From Candidatus Bathyarchaeia archaeon (GTDB lineage Archaea > Thermoproteota > Bathyarchaeia > Bathyarchaeales > Bathycorpusculaceae), in contig JAVYWL010000001.1 of the NCBI GenBank assembly GCA_038727135.1, positions 608,001 through 672,000 on the forward strand: a stretch of DNA of 64,000 nucleotides. The letters are read 5' to 3'. Below the pieces are notes generated by a model that was not told where the DNA came from, made no database searches, and saw only the letters and a program-made list of their open reading frames with translations. Below are positions 51,055-60,640 of this stretch, one piece after another (positions within the stretch are counted from its first letter, which is position 1; each line of letters opens with the position of its first letter). Position numbers and translations under genes: made by a program.

Positions 51055-51930
51055 TTATTCCTTTTTAAGCAAATCTTTTTCCAAGGCTTCAACACGTTCT
51101 TTAACTTTTTCAACTTCCATTCTTACACTTTCATTTTCTATCTCCTTTTTCCTTTGCTCGTTAGACTTTAGGATTAGCCGTAAGAACTCAGAGTCATAGA
51201 CTTTTAAAAGTAGTTCTGTGTTTGGTATGAGGCAGTGGCCGCCAATAACTCCAGGATAATGGAGTGGCTTGTTAAAATGCACTCTATGGATGTCCTCAAT
51301 CATATCTACAACTTCGTTGAAGTCTGCACCAAAATGTCTTGATATGCGGTGCATTTCCTGAAAACATACGATCATCCAAGCCCTATAAATAGTTTCAAAA
51401 AGCTTTGCAAGCTCAGTTTCCACAGGACCTTTTAAAACCTTAACTTTCAAGCCTAATTTCTCAAAATGTTTTTTAGCCAACTCCGCCGCTTCTTGCGTGG
51501 CACCACCAACATATTTGGTCCAAAACATAATATCTCGCTTCATAGTCTCCAAACTTCTATGCATCCCACGCACGGGCGAATGCGCAACCAAGGACTTTGT
51601 TTCCTCATAAATTTTCTGAGTCGTACCAGGTGGAACAGTACTGTCAATGATGGTAAGTTTAGGTTTAAATCTATGCATGTAATCAAGCGTGGCATAGACG
51701 AACCGCTGCTGGTCAGTGCATGGATAACAAATATGTATAACATCAAAAGCACCAGGCAGCTCAACATTACCTACTATGCTTCGCATTTTCGCTTCATCTA
51801 TATCAAAACCGTACACATCAAATTTCCCACTTTCCTTGAAAAGCTCAAAAAGCGCTTTACCAACCTCACCTAAACCTACGATCAAAACCTTTTCTCTCAC
51901 CATAATATTTCCCTGACATTCAAATAACAA
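51055..51930 (-). CDS. UDP-glucose/GDP-mannose dehydrogenase family protein (short form)
   Basis: VGLGEVG, DSTVPPGTT, ELAKLFE, GVIGGHCL; likely start MVREK. Confidence 0.85.
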   Translation of the reverse strand: MLFECQGNIMVREKVLIVGLGEVGKALFELFKESGKFDVYGFDIDEAKMRSIVGNVELPGAFDVIHICYPCTDQQRFVYATLDYMHRFKPKLTIIDSTVPPGTTQKIYEETKSLVAHSPVRGMHRSLETMKRDIMFWTKYVGGATQEAAELAKKHFEKLGLKVKVLKGPVETELAKLFETIYRAWMIVCFQEMHRISRHFGADFNEVVDMIEDIHRVHFNKPLHYPGVIGGHCLIPNTELLLKVYDSEFLRLILKSNEQRKKEIENESVRMEVEKVKERVEALEKDLLKKE

Positions 51931-51971
51931 AGCAACATATAAGCTTGAACATGCATCGAACGGCCAACAAA

Positions 51972-52961
51972 TTAACCAGCGCTCTTCAAATCATCTAAAA
52001 TCTTCAAAATTACATCAACAGGATTTTCAAGATTAGCCAACAAATCCGCAACATTCTTTCTTTCACCAAGCAGCTTTTTAGCAATGTCGACAACAGAGGA
52101 TACCTCCGCCTTAAAGATCGGAAATCCCTTCTCAGCCAAATAGTCGTTCACGTACTGCTCATGAAACATGTCCACCACAATGGCCGGAGTCCCTTGTAAC
52201 GCAGCTTCCCTCGTAATGGTTCCACCAGCCCCAACAAACAAGTCCGCCTGCGCCACCAAACTCGCAGAATCAACAAACCCCCTCGGAATAATTAAGCCTT
52301 TAATAGTTTTCCGGTGGTATCTTTGAAGAAAAATAACCGTGCCCAACTGCGTCAACTTCCTCGCTAATTCAACAAAAGAAAATGTTTCTTTTGCGTAAAC
52401 AGCCCTCTCTTCAACCTCCCTGACAACAATGAGCGGCTTCCTAAAATCATACTTAACCAGAGGTTTAAAACCCCTAATCCATGCAACCTCATCAACACCG
52501 TCGAATTGAATTATTTTTCCACTTATATTATATCTCTGCAGGGTTGTCACTGGAATGGCCTTTGAAGCGACAATATAATCTGCAAGAGGTAAGGTAAGCC
52601 TGTGCACGGCATCAGCATAAGGGGTGTCAACAGTCGTTATTGTCGGAATTTTCAATCCAAAAGCCACCCGAATCTGATCCACTGAACCATGTGAGATAGC
52701 GACGTCTGGGACTTTTTCCTCAAAAATTTTGCAAAACAACAGTTGGCGCTTTGCCCCTTCCCTAAGTCTGAAAAGTAAGGATTTTGGATTATACTTTCCG
52801 ATCACAATGAAATTTTCATTTAGAAATTTTGCCAGCGGTATCGTGTCCGGATGCCGGCGAGTCGTTAATACAACTTCATGCCCGCCTTCCCTAAGTTTTT
52901 TCGCTATAGCAACTCCGTAACGCACATGTTTTCCAGTACACGCGTCATACCATACATACAT
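51972..52961 (-). CDS. DUF354 family (GT-B-like) protein
   Basis: VWYDACTGKHV, RVAFGLKIP, GAGGTITREAALQGTP. Confidence 0.85.
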   Translation of the reverse strand: MYVWYDACTGKHVRYGVAIAKKLREGGHEVVLTTRRHPDTIPLAKFLNENFIVIGKYNPKSLLFRLREGAKRQLLFCKIFEEKVPDVAISHGSVDQIRVAFGLKIPTITTVDTPYADAVHRLTLPLADYIVASKAIPVTTLQRYNISGKIIQFDGVDEVAWIRGFKPLVKYDFRKPLIVVREVEERAVYAKETFSFVELARKLTQLGTVIFLQRYHRKTIKGLIIPRGFVDSASLVAQADLFVGAGGTITREAALQGTPAIVVDMFHEQYVNDYLAEKGFPIFKAEVSSVVDIAKKLLGERKNVADLLANLENPVDVILKILDDLKSAG

Positions 52962-54052
52962 TACTCACACCAACAATACATTTCACCAACTATCTTGCCA
53001 TCTTTAACAAGCTTAGCAGGTGCATCGATGTGACGCATCCAGTAAATGTTTTCTGGCAAAATGTTGTATTTTGGGATTTCTGGAACACTTTCCTTAAAGG
53101 CAAGTTTAACATACAAGTATGGAATATTTGCACAATAATCTTTACGTAAAACCTTGCTAGCATAAGAGAAGAAGAACGACGTTGTAAACATTCTTGCAGC
53201 ATTAATCTCTGTAACACGCGGCACACCATCTCTACCCTCCTTCATGTCCACACATGCTATCCCGTTAAAGTTTGGGTCTATGGCGAGAACAGCCTCCGTT
53301 GCAATCCTATTCACATTATTGTCATGTATAGTTCTTTGGACAGCCGGCGTGCCTGTCACTCCAGAAGGCGCAAGATGTGGATATATGTATTCAATGCGTT
53401 CTCTAGCCATAGAGGTTACAAGCTCCCCATTCTTCCAGAGGCTGTGGAAGCCTATGTTTCTTCCCGGCAGGTGTTCTTGGGCTATGAAATCCCATTTCAT
53501 GCCGCGCGCCCTCCAATAGTTAATCCATGAAAGAGCCGTCTCTTTATTGTAGGCTGGTGTGCTTCCTCTTCCACCAGCACCGTGCCGCGCCCTTATCCAA
53601 ATGGGACTGCCCAACTCCTCAAAAGCTTTATCAACATCCTTTTCATTGCGAATTTCCACAGTTTTTGCCACCGGAACACCCTTCTTCATCCAAATTTTGG
53701 CAGATTCAAGTTTATCTTGACATATCTTCACAGTCTCTTTCGAAGGCAAGAACACACCCGCCTCAATTTTCTCACGATTTTCCGAAACAACAGCCACTTC
53801 AGTGTCGGTTTGCGCATGCAAAAACTCAGCCCTCTCTTTCCAGATAATCTCATTTAACCTTTCGATATAGTTCTCCTCTTCAGCCCTTGGAACCAGATAC
53901 TTCCTATCAGCTGGCGCCAAATAAATAAAATGCTCGTTCGCTTCAGTTCCCACTATGAAAATCTTCTCCGGGGCAAGGCGAAGAGACATTATAAAGTTTA
54001 TTCCAGCTGGCCCGCCGGCACCAGTAACTATAATCCTTTTCAGGGAAATCAC
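52961..54052 (-). CDS. ATP-grasp carboxylate-amine ligase
   Basis: KRIIVTGAGG, CQDK, GAGGRGS, IAQEHLPG, TEINAAR; start uncertain (GTG 54052 or CTG 54043). Confidence 0.85.
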   Translation of the reverse strand: MISLKRIIVTGAGGPAGINFIMSLRLAPEKIFIVGTEANEHFIYLAPADRKYLVPRAEEENYIERLNEIIWKERAEFLHAQTDTEVAVVSENREKIEAGVFLPSKETVKICQDKLESAKIWMKKGVPVAKTVEIRNEKDVDKAFEELGSPIWIRARHGAGGRGSTPAYNKETALSWINYWRARGMKWDFIAQEHLPGRNIGFHSLWKNGELVTSMARERIEYIYPHLAPSGVTGTPAVQRTIHDNNVNRIATEAVLAIDPNFNGIACVDMKEGRDGVPRVTEINAARMFTTSFFFSYASKVLRKDYCANIPYLYVKLAFKESVPEIPKYNILPENIYWMRHIDAPAKLVKDGKIVGEMYCWCE

Positions 54053-54108
54053 CTTGAAATTCGCAACTCTCATATAAAGCAAGTCCGATTTATTTCTATC
54101 CGTAACGA

Positions 54109-54186
54109 GGGCCGGTCGTCTAGCTTGGTTAGGACGCAGCCCTTACGAGGCTGAGGTCGCCGGTTCAACTCCGGCCCGGCCCACCA
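54109..54186 (+). tRNA. tRNA-Val(TAC), intron-less, CCA encoded
   Basis: Acceptor GGGCCGG/CCGGCCC-A-CCA; anticodon arm CAGCC-CTTACGA-GGCTG; T arm GCCGG-TTCAACT-CCGGC. Confidence 0.97.
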
Positions 54187-54196
54187 AAATTTTATC

Positions 54197-54955
54197 TTAG
54201 TAAATGATGTCTGGTAAGATTTCCAAAATCTTTTTTGGAGAAAATACGCTTAAAGTGGCGTTTGGCAGCTTTTTGCCAACTTTTGGAATTAATCCAGTAG
54301 CGTCTGTTCCAAGCTTGCAGATGATGGCGTATTCAAAAAGTCCTAACTGTTCAATTCCAACGATGTCATTTTGGCACCTAGCCTCTTTCAGCGCTATCCT
54401 TATTTCTTGTTGGGATGCACCTAAAACCATCAGTCTATCAAAAAGCGACTTTATCCATCTTTTGTACTGCTTCAACTGATTTTCAGCTAAAGCAGCCTTT
54501 AAACAATTCCCGTAGGCACCGACTATTTTCGCTTTTAAGGGCATATTTTCACAGAAACCATAAAGCTCAACGATTTTTTTGAGGGCGATTTTTCTCCCGT
54601 CTGTTAGCTGTGCTTGTAAGTGCTGCAGCGGTATTGCGACGTTTACGGTATTTGGTCCGATGTCCAGTTGGAGTTGTTCTTCCCTTTTGCCTAGGCTTTT
54701 TATGTACCCTCTTACTATCGAGAATTTTGTTATATTGCTGATGTGGGTTGGGCACAATCCAACCGTGTTTTCTAGAAAGCTTAACGCCGCCTTCTCGTCC
54801 TCGCCTGAAAGGGTTGCTTGGATCCAGCCTTGCGGTGCGGCTTTGATGATTTCTATCTTAACCTTTAAGCCTTTTAGGGAGGACTTTAGGTATTCCTCCA
54901 CATTTTTCAGCTGATTATCATTATAGATTTTTGAGGATAGCGTCACGGTAGGCAT
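54197..54955 (-). CDS. DUF2110 family protein
   Basis: SGEDEKAALSFL, DIVGIEQLGLFE..CKLGTDATGLIPKVG; usual neighbour of tfe and the HD gene. Confidence 0.82.
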   Translation of the reverse strand: MPTVTLSSKIYNDNQLKNVEEYLKSSLKGLKVKIEIIKAAPQGWIQATLSGEDEKAALSFLENTVGLCPTHISNITKFSIVRGYIKSLGKREEQLQLDIGPNTVNVAIPLQHLQAQLTDGRKIALKKIVELYGFCENMPLKAKIVGAYGNCLKAALAENQLKQYKRWIKSLFDRLMVLGASQQEIRIALKEARCQNDIVGIEQLGLFEYAIICKLGTDATGLIPKVGKKLPNATLSVFSPKKILEILPDIIY

Positions 54956-55482
54956 TTGCAGTCTCCGATCATTGTTGACATTTCTTCGTGTAGTCTTCGT
55001 ATTCGTGCAATTGCTGATGGGGGCAGTTCTCTAGAAAGTTTTTCTATGGTCTTTTCGATTGGAACTCTTTTTGATCCTTCAATGAGTTTGTCTGCGTAGG
55101 CAACTATTTTTTCTTCAAGAGTTTGGGGAACATAAACGTCTTTGGGCCATCCGAGGTTTTTTGCTTCACGCTGGGTTATGCCGCCGCCCACATGCCTCTT
55201 AATTATTGAGATTATGAGTTCTGGCAAGCCTAAGCTTTTGGCTATTTGTACTCCAGCCACGGCGTGGTGGACGCTGTGGGTTTTTGAGCGTCCAATATCG
55301 TGGAGAAGGGCGCCTATTTCCACAAGTTCTAGGTTGACGTTTAATCCTTTTTCTTTGCATGCTTTTGCAATTTCAACCGCGAGTTCTGTTACCGCTTCAC
55401 AGTGTCTTATGACGTTTTCTGAGCAGCCGCTTTCCCGTAGAAGTTGTAGGGCTTGCTCTCTTGTCGGGAGCTTTTCACTCAC
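54943..55482 (-). CDS. HD domain protein (TIGR00295-like)
   Basis: VIRHC, ALLHDIGRSKTH, RHVGGG, EEKIVAYADKL. Confidence 0.9.
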   Translation of the reverse strand: MSEKLPTREQALQLLRESGCSENVIRHCEAVTELAVEIAKACKEKGLNVNLELVEIGALLHDIGRSKTHSVHHAVAGVQIAKSLGLPELIISIIKRHVGGGITQREAKNLGWPKDVYVPQTLEEKIVAYADKLIEGSKRVPIEKTIEKLSRELPPSAIARIRRLHEEMSTMIGDCKCLP

Positions 55483-56005
55483 CCAGCTCCTTCCTCAACT
55501 GTTCAACTTTTTCGGTTAGAACTTTGACTATTTTCTCGTTGTTGTAATGCATTAGTGGTTTGCCGCATGTGGGGCATTTAAAAACCAGTTCAACGGCTTC
55601 TTCGAAGGGCACTCGTTTGCATCCCGGCGTGTAGCAGTAGTAGAAGTCGTGGTTTTTCTCGTATTCTAGACGGATGTTTAGTTTTTCGAAGACCCTTCGT
55701 TTTTGGCTTAGTATGAAGCCTTCCAGCTGGTCTGGTTGCAGTTTCCAGTGGAATATGAACCATCCTGTTTTTGGATCTCTTGTTCGCCGTAAGCTTACGA
55801 GTGAGTGGTCGTAGAGCTTGTAGAGGATTTTGCGCACGTTGTTAAGTCTTATGCCAGTCTTGTTTGCCAGCTCATCGTCTGTTATTTCGTCTGAATTCTT
55901 CAATATCTCGATTAGTTTTACGGCTTCTTCTTCGCCGAGTGCCTCAGCAACCTTCATTAAGGTGGCATCATCAATTGTTGATAACATAGCGACCCTTTTC
56001 TGCAT
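55475..56005 (-). CDS. tfe: Transcription factor E (TFIIE-alpha)
   Basis: TDDELA..VRKILYKLYD, GWFIFHW, Zn ribbon FKCPTCG; start may be ATG 55987. Confidence 0.94.
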   Translation of the reverse strand: MQKRVAMLSTIDDATLMKVAEALGEEEAVKLIEILKNSDEITDDELANKTGIRLNNVRKILYKLYDHSLVSLRRTRDPKTGWFIFHWKLQPDQLEGFILSQKRRVFEKLNIRLEYEKNHDFYYCYTPGCKRVPFEEAVELVFKCPTCGKPLMHYNNEKIVKVLTEKVEQLRKELGE

Positions 56006-56052
56006 CAGTCGTCGATTCCCTTTTATCCTACCTTATATATGCAAGCTTTAAT

Positions 56053-56628
56053 TTAAATCTCTTTTCTGGTTTCGGATTCGGAATCAAACTTTCTAGTCAC
56101 TTTTTTACCTCTTTTTTGTGGAATAATCATAAGCTTGGCATTCTCAAAGTTCTTGGCTAACTCCTTACCCTCAAAAAATCTGTCTAGAAAGACTGCGAGG
56201 CTTGCGCATTCGGAGTGAGGTTGGTTTCCAATTGCTACATTAAAGTCTGAAACATCTTCTGAGAAAAATTCGCCGGGAACTTTTTGGCTTCCAACGATGA
56301 CCAGTATATCCTTGTTTAGCGCTTTAATCCTTTGCAGCACGTCGCTTGTTTCGATGTTTTCGCCATAGGCTGTTAAGTGAACAACGATTCCGCCCTTTGC
56401 TTTCCATTCTTTTACAACTTTTTTCCAAGGGGTCCCCATCTCGAAATGGAAAGGTCCACCCCAGTTTTTCACAACCTTTTCCACAGTCGCCCTTATTTTT
56501 TCGTCTTCTATGTCAGAGAGTATGAACCCAGAGGCTCCTAGGGCTCTGGCGGTTAATGCCACGTGGGTTGTTAGGCGCAAGTCTCTTTTTGGTCGGTGTC
56601 CCCATCTTAAAACAAAAATTTTTGGCAT
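56053..56628 (-). CDS. trm56: tRNA (cytidine56-2'-O)-methyltransferase
   Basis: [39 protein letters not shown]. Confidence 0.95.
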   Translation of the reverse strand: MPKIFVLRWGHRPKRDLRLTTHVALTARALGASGFILSDIEDEKIRATVEKVVKNWGGPFHFEMGTPWKKVVKEWKAKGGIVVHLTAYGENIETSDVLQRIKALNKDILVIVGSQKVPGEFFSEDVSDFNVAIGNQPHSECASLAVFLDRFFEGKELAKNFENAKLMIIPQKRGKKVTRKFDSESETRKEI

Positions 56629-56632
56629 GTTT

Positions 56633-57898
56633 TTAGTGTTTGAAGCTTTCAATTTTTCCACCGAGTTCTTCAACGCGGCTTTTCACTTTTTCAGCAAACC
56701 ATGGAACAGCCTCAAATGTTACATGGGCGGCATCGCCCTCATATCTAATTTCTTGGACATCCGCGCGACTGAAAAGCCATGAGAGGAAAGGCATTGCCTC
56801 ATTTGAAAGCGGCAAGGCAAAGGATGCTTGAACATAATTTCGCAGAGTTTTGGCTATTTCTTCCTTCAACTGGTTTAAGTTAAGTCCATAAAGAGCGGAT
56901 ATTAGCAATGGTTTTGGCGCTTTATCTTTGAGGGCTTCAAATCTTTGTTGCATTTCCGTTTCGGATAGTAGGTCGATTTTGTTTAAGGCTGTTATTATTG
57001 GGATGCCGGAGGCTCCTATGCGTTCTATTGTTTCTAGGCATACGGAGAGCTTTTTTTCGACTGTGGCTAGTGGTTCGCTGATATCCACGACGAGCAGTAT
57101 TAGGTCAGAGTATATGGTTTCTTCCAGTGTTGAACGGAAGGCCTCTATTAGTGTGAGTGGTAAGCGGTCTATAAAGCCTACGGTGTCTGTTAAGAGGAAC
57201 TTTTTTCTTGAAAACTTTACAAGTCTCGTGGTCGTTGAAAGAGTTGTGAAAAGAGAATCGTCGATGGGGACTTCCTCCTCTGTGAGCGCTGTGAACAATG
57301 AGCTTTTTCCAGCGTTTGTATATCCAGCCAAAGAAATTGAGGGGAACCCTAGCTCGGTTCTCCTTTCGCGGTGTAACAAACGTTTTCTTCTGATTCTTCT
57401 GAGCTTCTCTATAATTGTTTGTATTTGTCTTTTGACTGTTTCATAGTATACGTCAACCTCGTATGCGCCAAGCCCCATGAACCCGGGCTGTTCTCCAAGC
57501 TTTGCTAACCGCACTTTTTCTTTTGCCCTTGCCAACTCGTATTTGAGTTTGGCTAGCTGAATTTGCAGCTTCGCCTCCGTCGTGGTGGCTCTTCTTGCAA
57601 AAATTTCCAGTATAAGTTGGAAACGGTCTATTGCTTCCACACCAGTTTCTTTGGCAATGTTGTATGCTTGGACAGGTCTTAATGGATTGTCAAAAATTAT
57701 TTTTTGCGCGCCAGTCTCCCTCACAAGCTCGGCGAGTTCTTTAATTTTTCCATAGCCTATTTGGTATCGGGGGTCTGGGGCTCTTATCTGCTCTATTTTG
57801 CCAACAACCGTATAACCGGCTGACTCGGCTAGGCTTTTAAGCTCGTCAAGGGTGGACGGCTCGAAGGACCTTCGGCGTTGTACTATTATGGCTTTCGT
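56633..57898 (-). CDS. hflX: GTPase HflX; N-terminal domain extends 58 codons upstream of the first canonical start
   Basis: [23 protein letters not shown]; upstream in-frame [30 protein letters not shown]. Confidence 0.93.
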   Translation of the reverse strand, partial: TKAIIVQRRRSFEPSTLDELKSLAESAGYTVVGKIEQIRAPDPRYQIGYGKIKELAELVRETGAQKIIFDNPLRPVQAYNIAKETGVEAIDRFQLILEIFARRATTTEAKLQIQLAKLKYELARAKEKVRLAKLGEQPGFMGLGAYEVDVYYETVKRQIQTIIEKLRRIRRKRLLHRERRTELGFPSISLAGYTNAGKSSLFTALTEEEVPIDDSLFTTLSTTTRLVKFSRKKFLLTDTVGFIDRLPLTLIEAFRSTLEETIYSDLILLVVDISEPLATVEKKLSVCLETIERIGASGIPIITALNKIDLLSETEMQQRFEALKDKAPKPLLISALYGLNLNQLKEEIAKTLRNYVQASFALPLSNEAMPFLSWLFSRADVQEIRYEGDAAHVTFEAVPWFAEKVKSRVEELGGKIESFKH

Positions 57899-58446
57899 TA
57901 AGCTCTTTCCTCCGCTTCATCCTTGTCCTTACCGAGTTGTATGATATCCCCCAATGTGAGACTGCGACTTGGTTGTTTGGAAGCAATTGGTACCGGAACT
58001 TTTTCTTGTGCAGCCGGCACTAAAAGCTTAATTTTTAGCGCGTGTTCCAGTTTGACTGCCAGTTTGTCGTCTGGCTTAATTTTTCTAGTCTCAACTTTTT
58101 TGAGAACAGACACTTTTTCATTTATCTTTTTACCCAATTCTTCATGGGTTAAGCCCAATTTTTCCCTTGCTTGCCTTACCCTAACGTCGTAATCATCAAC
58201 AAGTTCAAGAGGGCTCTCAAAAACTGCTTGAGCCTTACTTGCAGCTTGAGCTTTTGGTGCTTGGAGTAGTGCTACTTTTGGCTTAATCTTGGGCATGGGA
58301 GTCTGCTTTACCTCTTCTTCCCAAATTATTGTGCCGTGCTTTGAGCATTCGCTGCAAACTGTTAGTTTTGCCCCTTCAATTAGGGCTCTTATGGGTTTGC
58401 CATGAATTTTTCGTCCACAAACTTCGCAGCGCAATCTTTGTAGCAC
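57898..58446 (-). CDS. mbf1: Archaeal multiprotein bridging factor 1
   Basis: CEVCG..CSEC Zn ribbon, AREKLGLTHEELG HTH, LTLGD. Confidence 0.94.
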   Translation of the reverse strand: MLQRLRCEVCGRKIHGKPIRALIEGAKLTVCSECSKHGTIIWEEEVKQTPMPKIKPKVALLQAPKAQAASKAQAVFESPLELVDDYDVRVRQAREKLGLTHEELGKKINEKVSVLKKVETRKIKPDDKLAVKLEHALKIKLLVPAAQEKVPVPIASKQPSRSLTLGDIIQLGKDKDEAEERA

Positions 58447-58516
58447 TCCTTTCTAACTCTTTAATACTTGGCACTTGGTTATGTTTATAGTTGTCGAATT
58501 GCAGCTTGCTGGATAA

Positions 58517-58999
58517 ATGGTGATTTGTTTGGAAAATGCTCTACAGCGAATCAGAAGCGTTGCAGACTACCAATTTGGGAAAGGTGTTGGCGAAGTGCTC
58601 TTTCCGCAAGACGTGGAAATAGCCTACTCAAAACGTACTGGAAGAATACGTTACGTCTTTCTGAACGGAAAGAGGCTTGCCACAATGCGACCAATGGATG
58701 GATTATTCTCCCTAAGCATTGAAGGAGCGAAAAGAATCCTAGAGAGTGGCGTTCCGGCTAAATGCATAGTCACCGTTAAAAATGATGTTTCCAAATTTAT
58801 TGCCAAGGGCGGCGACGTTTTTGCCGTGCATGTTTTGAAGGCGGATGATGAAATTCGCCCAAAAGACGAGGTCATCGTGGTTAACGAAAGGGGCGAGGTT
58901 TTGGCCGTTGGCAAGGCCATGTTGTCTGGAGAGGAGATGACGGCGTTTAAAGTTGGTGTGGCGGTCAAGGTTAGACGTGGCAGTTCGGAAGAAGGTTAA
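58517..58999 (+). CDS. PUA domain protein (ArcTGT C-terminal-like)
   Basis: ADYQFG, SKRTGRIR, IRPKDEV, GVAVKVR; start may be TTG 58529. Confidence 0.88.
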   Translation: MVICLENALQRIRSVADYQFGKGVGEVLFPQDVEIAYSKRTGRIRYVFLNGKRLATMRPMDGLFSLSIEGAKRILESGVPAKCIVTVKNDVSKFIAKGGDVFAVHVLKADDEIRPKDEVIVVNERGEVLAVGKAMLSGEEMTAFKVGVAVKVRRGSSEEG

Positions 59000-59048
59000 G
59001 TATAAGAAGCATAAATAGGTTAGTGGTTAAAATGGAGGCTAAAGACTG

Positions 59049-59402
59049 TTGATGCGTAGGCGAATAAGCCCCCGAGAAGCCAAGCGGATGATGCAACGCA
59101 TGGGCTTAAGCATGGACGCCATCCCAGACGTTGAACAAGTCATCATAAAAACCAGCAGCAAGGAAATAGTTATCGAGAATCCTGAAGTGGCGGTTGTTGA
59201 CATTCAAGGGCAGAAAATGTTTCAAGTGGCTGGTGGAAAAATAACAGAAAAGGTTGTGGAGCGCAAGCTGGCTATACCTGAGGAGGATGTGAGGCTTGTG
59301 GCAGACCAAACTGGAAAAAGCCTTGAAGAGGCAAGAAAGGCTTTAGAAGAATGCGACGGTGACCTGGCAAAAGCCATCCTTTTACTTCAATCTAAATTAT
59401 GA
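59049..59402 (+). CDS. nac: Nascent polypeptide-associated complex protein
   Basis: RMMQRMG, VEQVIIK, UBA domain ARKALEECDGDLAKAI. Confidence 0.95.
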   Translation: MMRRRISPREAKRMMQRMGLSMDAIPDVEQVIIKTSSKEIVIENPEVAVVDIQGQKMFQVAGGKITEKVVERKLAIPEEDVRLVADQTGKSLEEARKALEECDGDLAKAILLLQSKL

Positions 59403-59424
59403 TTAGTCTTTTGGATGAGATTTA

Positions 59425-60342
59425 ATGGATTTTGATATTGTTTCAGTGGGACATTTTAGTATAGACTCAATAAACTTGCCAAATAGACGGTTACCCTATA
59501 TTATTTTAGGCGGTTCAGTGGTTTATGTTTCACTTTCAGCTAAACGTCTAGGTGCAAATGTTTCCATAATCTCAAAAGTCGGCGAGGACTTTCCTGAAGC
59601 CTACCTGTGGTGGCTTAGCCAAGAAGGCATAGATACTTCTCAAATAACCAAAATCAAACAAGAGAAAACTACGAGATTTGAGTTAAAATACAGTTACGAC
59701 ATGTCAAACCGCAACATGCGCCTTGCCAGTAAGGCACCCACAATACAAGTTGAAGACTTGCCGAAATCTTTGCGGGCTAAAGCTGTTCATCTCGCTCCAA
59801 TAGCAAACGAAATTTCATATGAAGTTGCCAAAGAAGTGGCAAAATCAGCTGAAGTGGTATCCTTAGACCCTCAAGGGCTCGTTAGAATTTTTGATGAGAA
59901 CGGGTTTGTTGTGAATGAACCGTTAAAAGACAAGCGTATACTCGAACTTGTAGACGTATATAAATCTTCAAGAGAAGAGGTTGAGGTCGTCACTGGCATG
60001 GCTGATTTACACTCAGCCATAAAGGCTGTCCACGACTTCGGCGCGGAAATAGTAATAGTAACCATGGGCATGAAAGGGGCGGTGTTATCAATAGGTGGAG
60101 CAGCGTATGAGATTCCAGCATTTACGCCCAACAAGTTTGTAGACCCGACTGGTGCTGGAGACGCGTTTATTGGCGGTTTCTTGGCGGAATATGTCCGCGG
60201 CAAAGAAGCCCTGTGGTGTGCGTGCGTTGGTTCTGCTGCAGCCTCAACGGTTGTTGAAGGTGTTGGTCCAACTTTCTTTGGCGATAGAGACGAGATCTAC
60301 CGAAGGGCAAGCGTGCTGTACGAAAAAGGAATTAAGCATTGA
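59425..60342 (+). CDS. PfkB family carbohydrate kinase
   Basis: GGSVVY, LDPQG, VDPTGAGDAFIGGF. Confidence 0.92.
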   Translation: MDFDIVSVGHFSIDSINLPNRRLPYIILGGSVVYVSLSAKRLGANVSIISKVGEDFPEAYLWWLSQEGIDTSQITKIKQEKTTRFELKYSYDMSNRNMRLASKAPTIQVEDLPKSLRAKAVHLAPIANEISYEVAKEVAKSAEVVSLDPQGLVRIFDENGFVVNEPLKDKRILELVDVYKSSREEVEVVTGMADLHSAIKAVHDFGAEIVIVTMGMKGAVLSIGGAAYEIPAFTPNKFVDPTGAGDAFIGGFLAEYVRGKEALWCACVGSAAASTVVEGVGPTFFGDRDEIYRRASVLYEKGIKH

Positions 60343-60400
60343 AGTGCATTGTATTCTGTTAAAGTCTGAAAAATGCATAAGCCAATGTGAGGTTCAGCCT

Positions 60401-60613
60401 TTGGGGCGTGTTGCAAAGGGCGTTAAATGCAGTGTTTCGGGATGTGGCAAAGAGGCTAAACGCTCCCTTTCGGCAGCCAAAGTTAGAATGGCTGGATTAA
60501 GTATAGGCAGCAGCGAAAGGCGCGCGTACCTATGCGAAAACCATTACAAGGAATTTAAGAAGCGGACGAAGAAGGAGAGGAAAATTGAGCAGTGGCGGTA
60601 TAAAGGCGTGTAA
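60401..60613 (+). CDS. Small basic Zn-binding hypothetical protein
   Basis: TTG start after GAGGT; MGRVAKGVKCSVSGC..YLCENHYKEFK (Cx4C..CxxH). Confidence 0.75.
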   Translation: MGRVAKGVKCSVSGCGKEAKRSLSAAKVRMAGLSIGSSERRAYLCENHYKEFKKRTKKERKIEQWRYKGV

Positions 60614-60640
60614 AAACTAGAGAGGGGAGGGGAGGCGAAA

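Noticed and set aside
54109-54186. tRNA-Val as an integration site or intron-containing tRNA
   Set aside because: It is an uninterrupted cloverleaf, with no duplicate 3' end or integrase seen in the window
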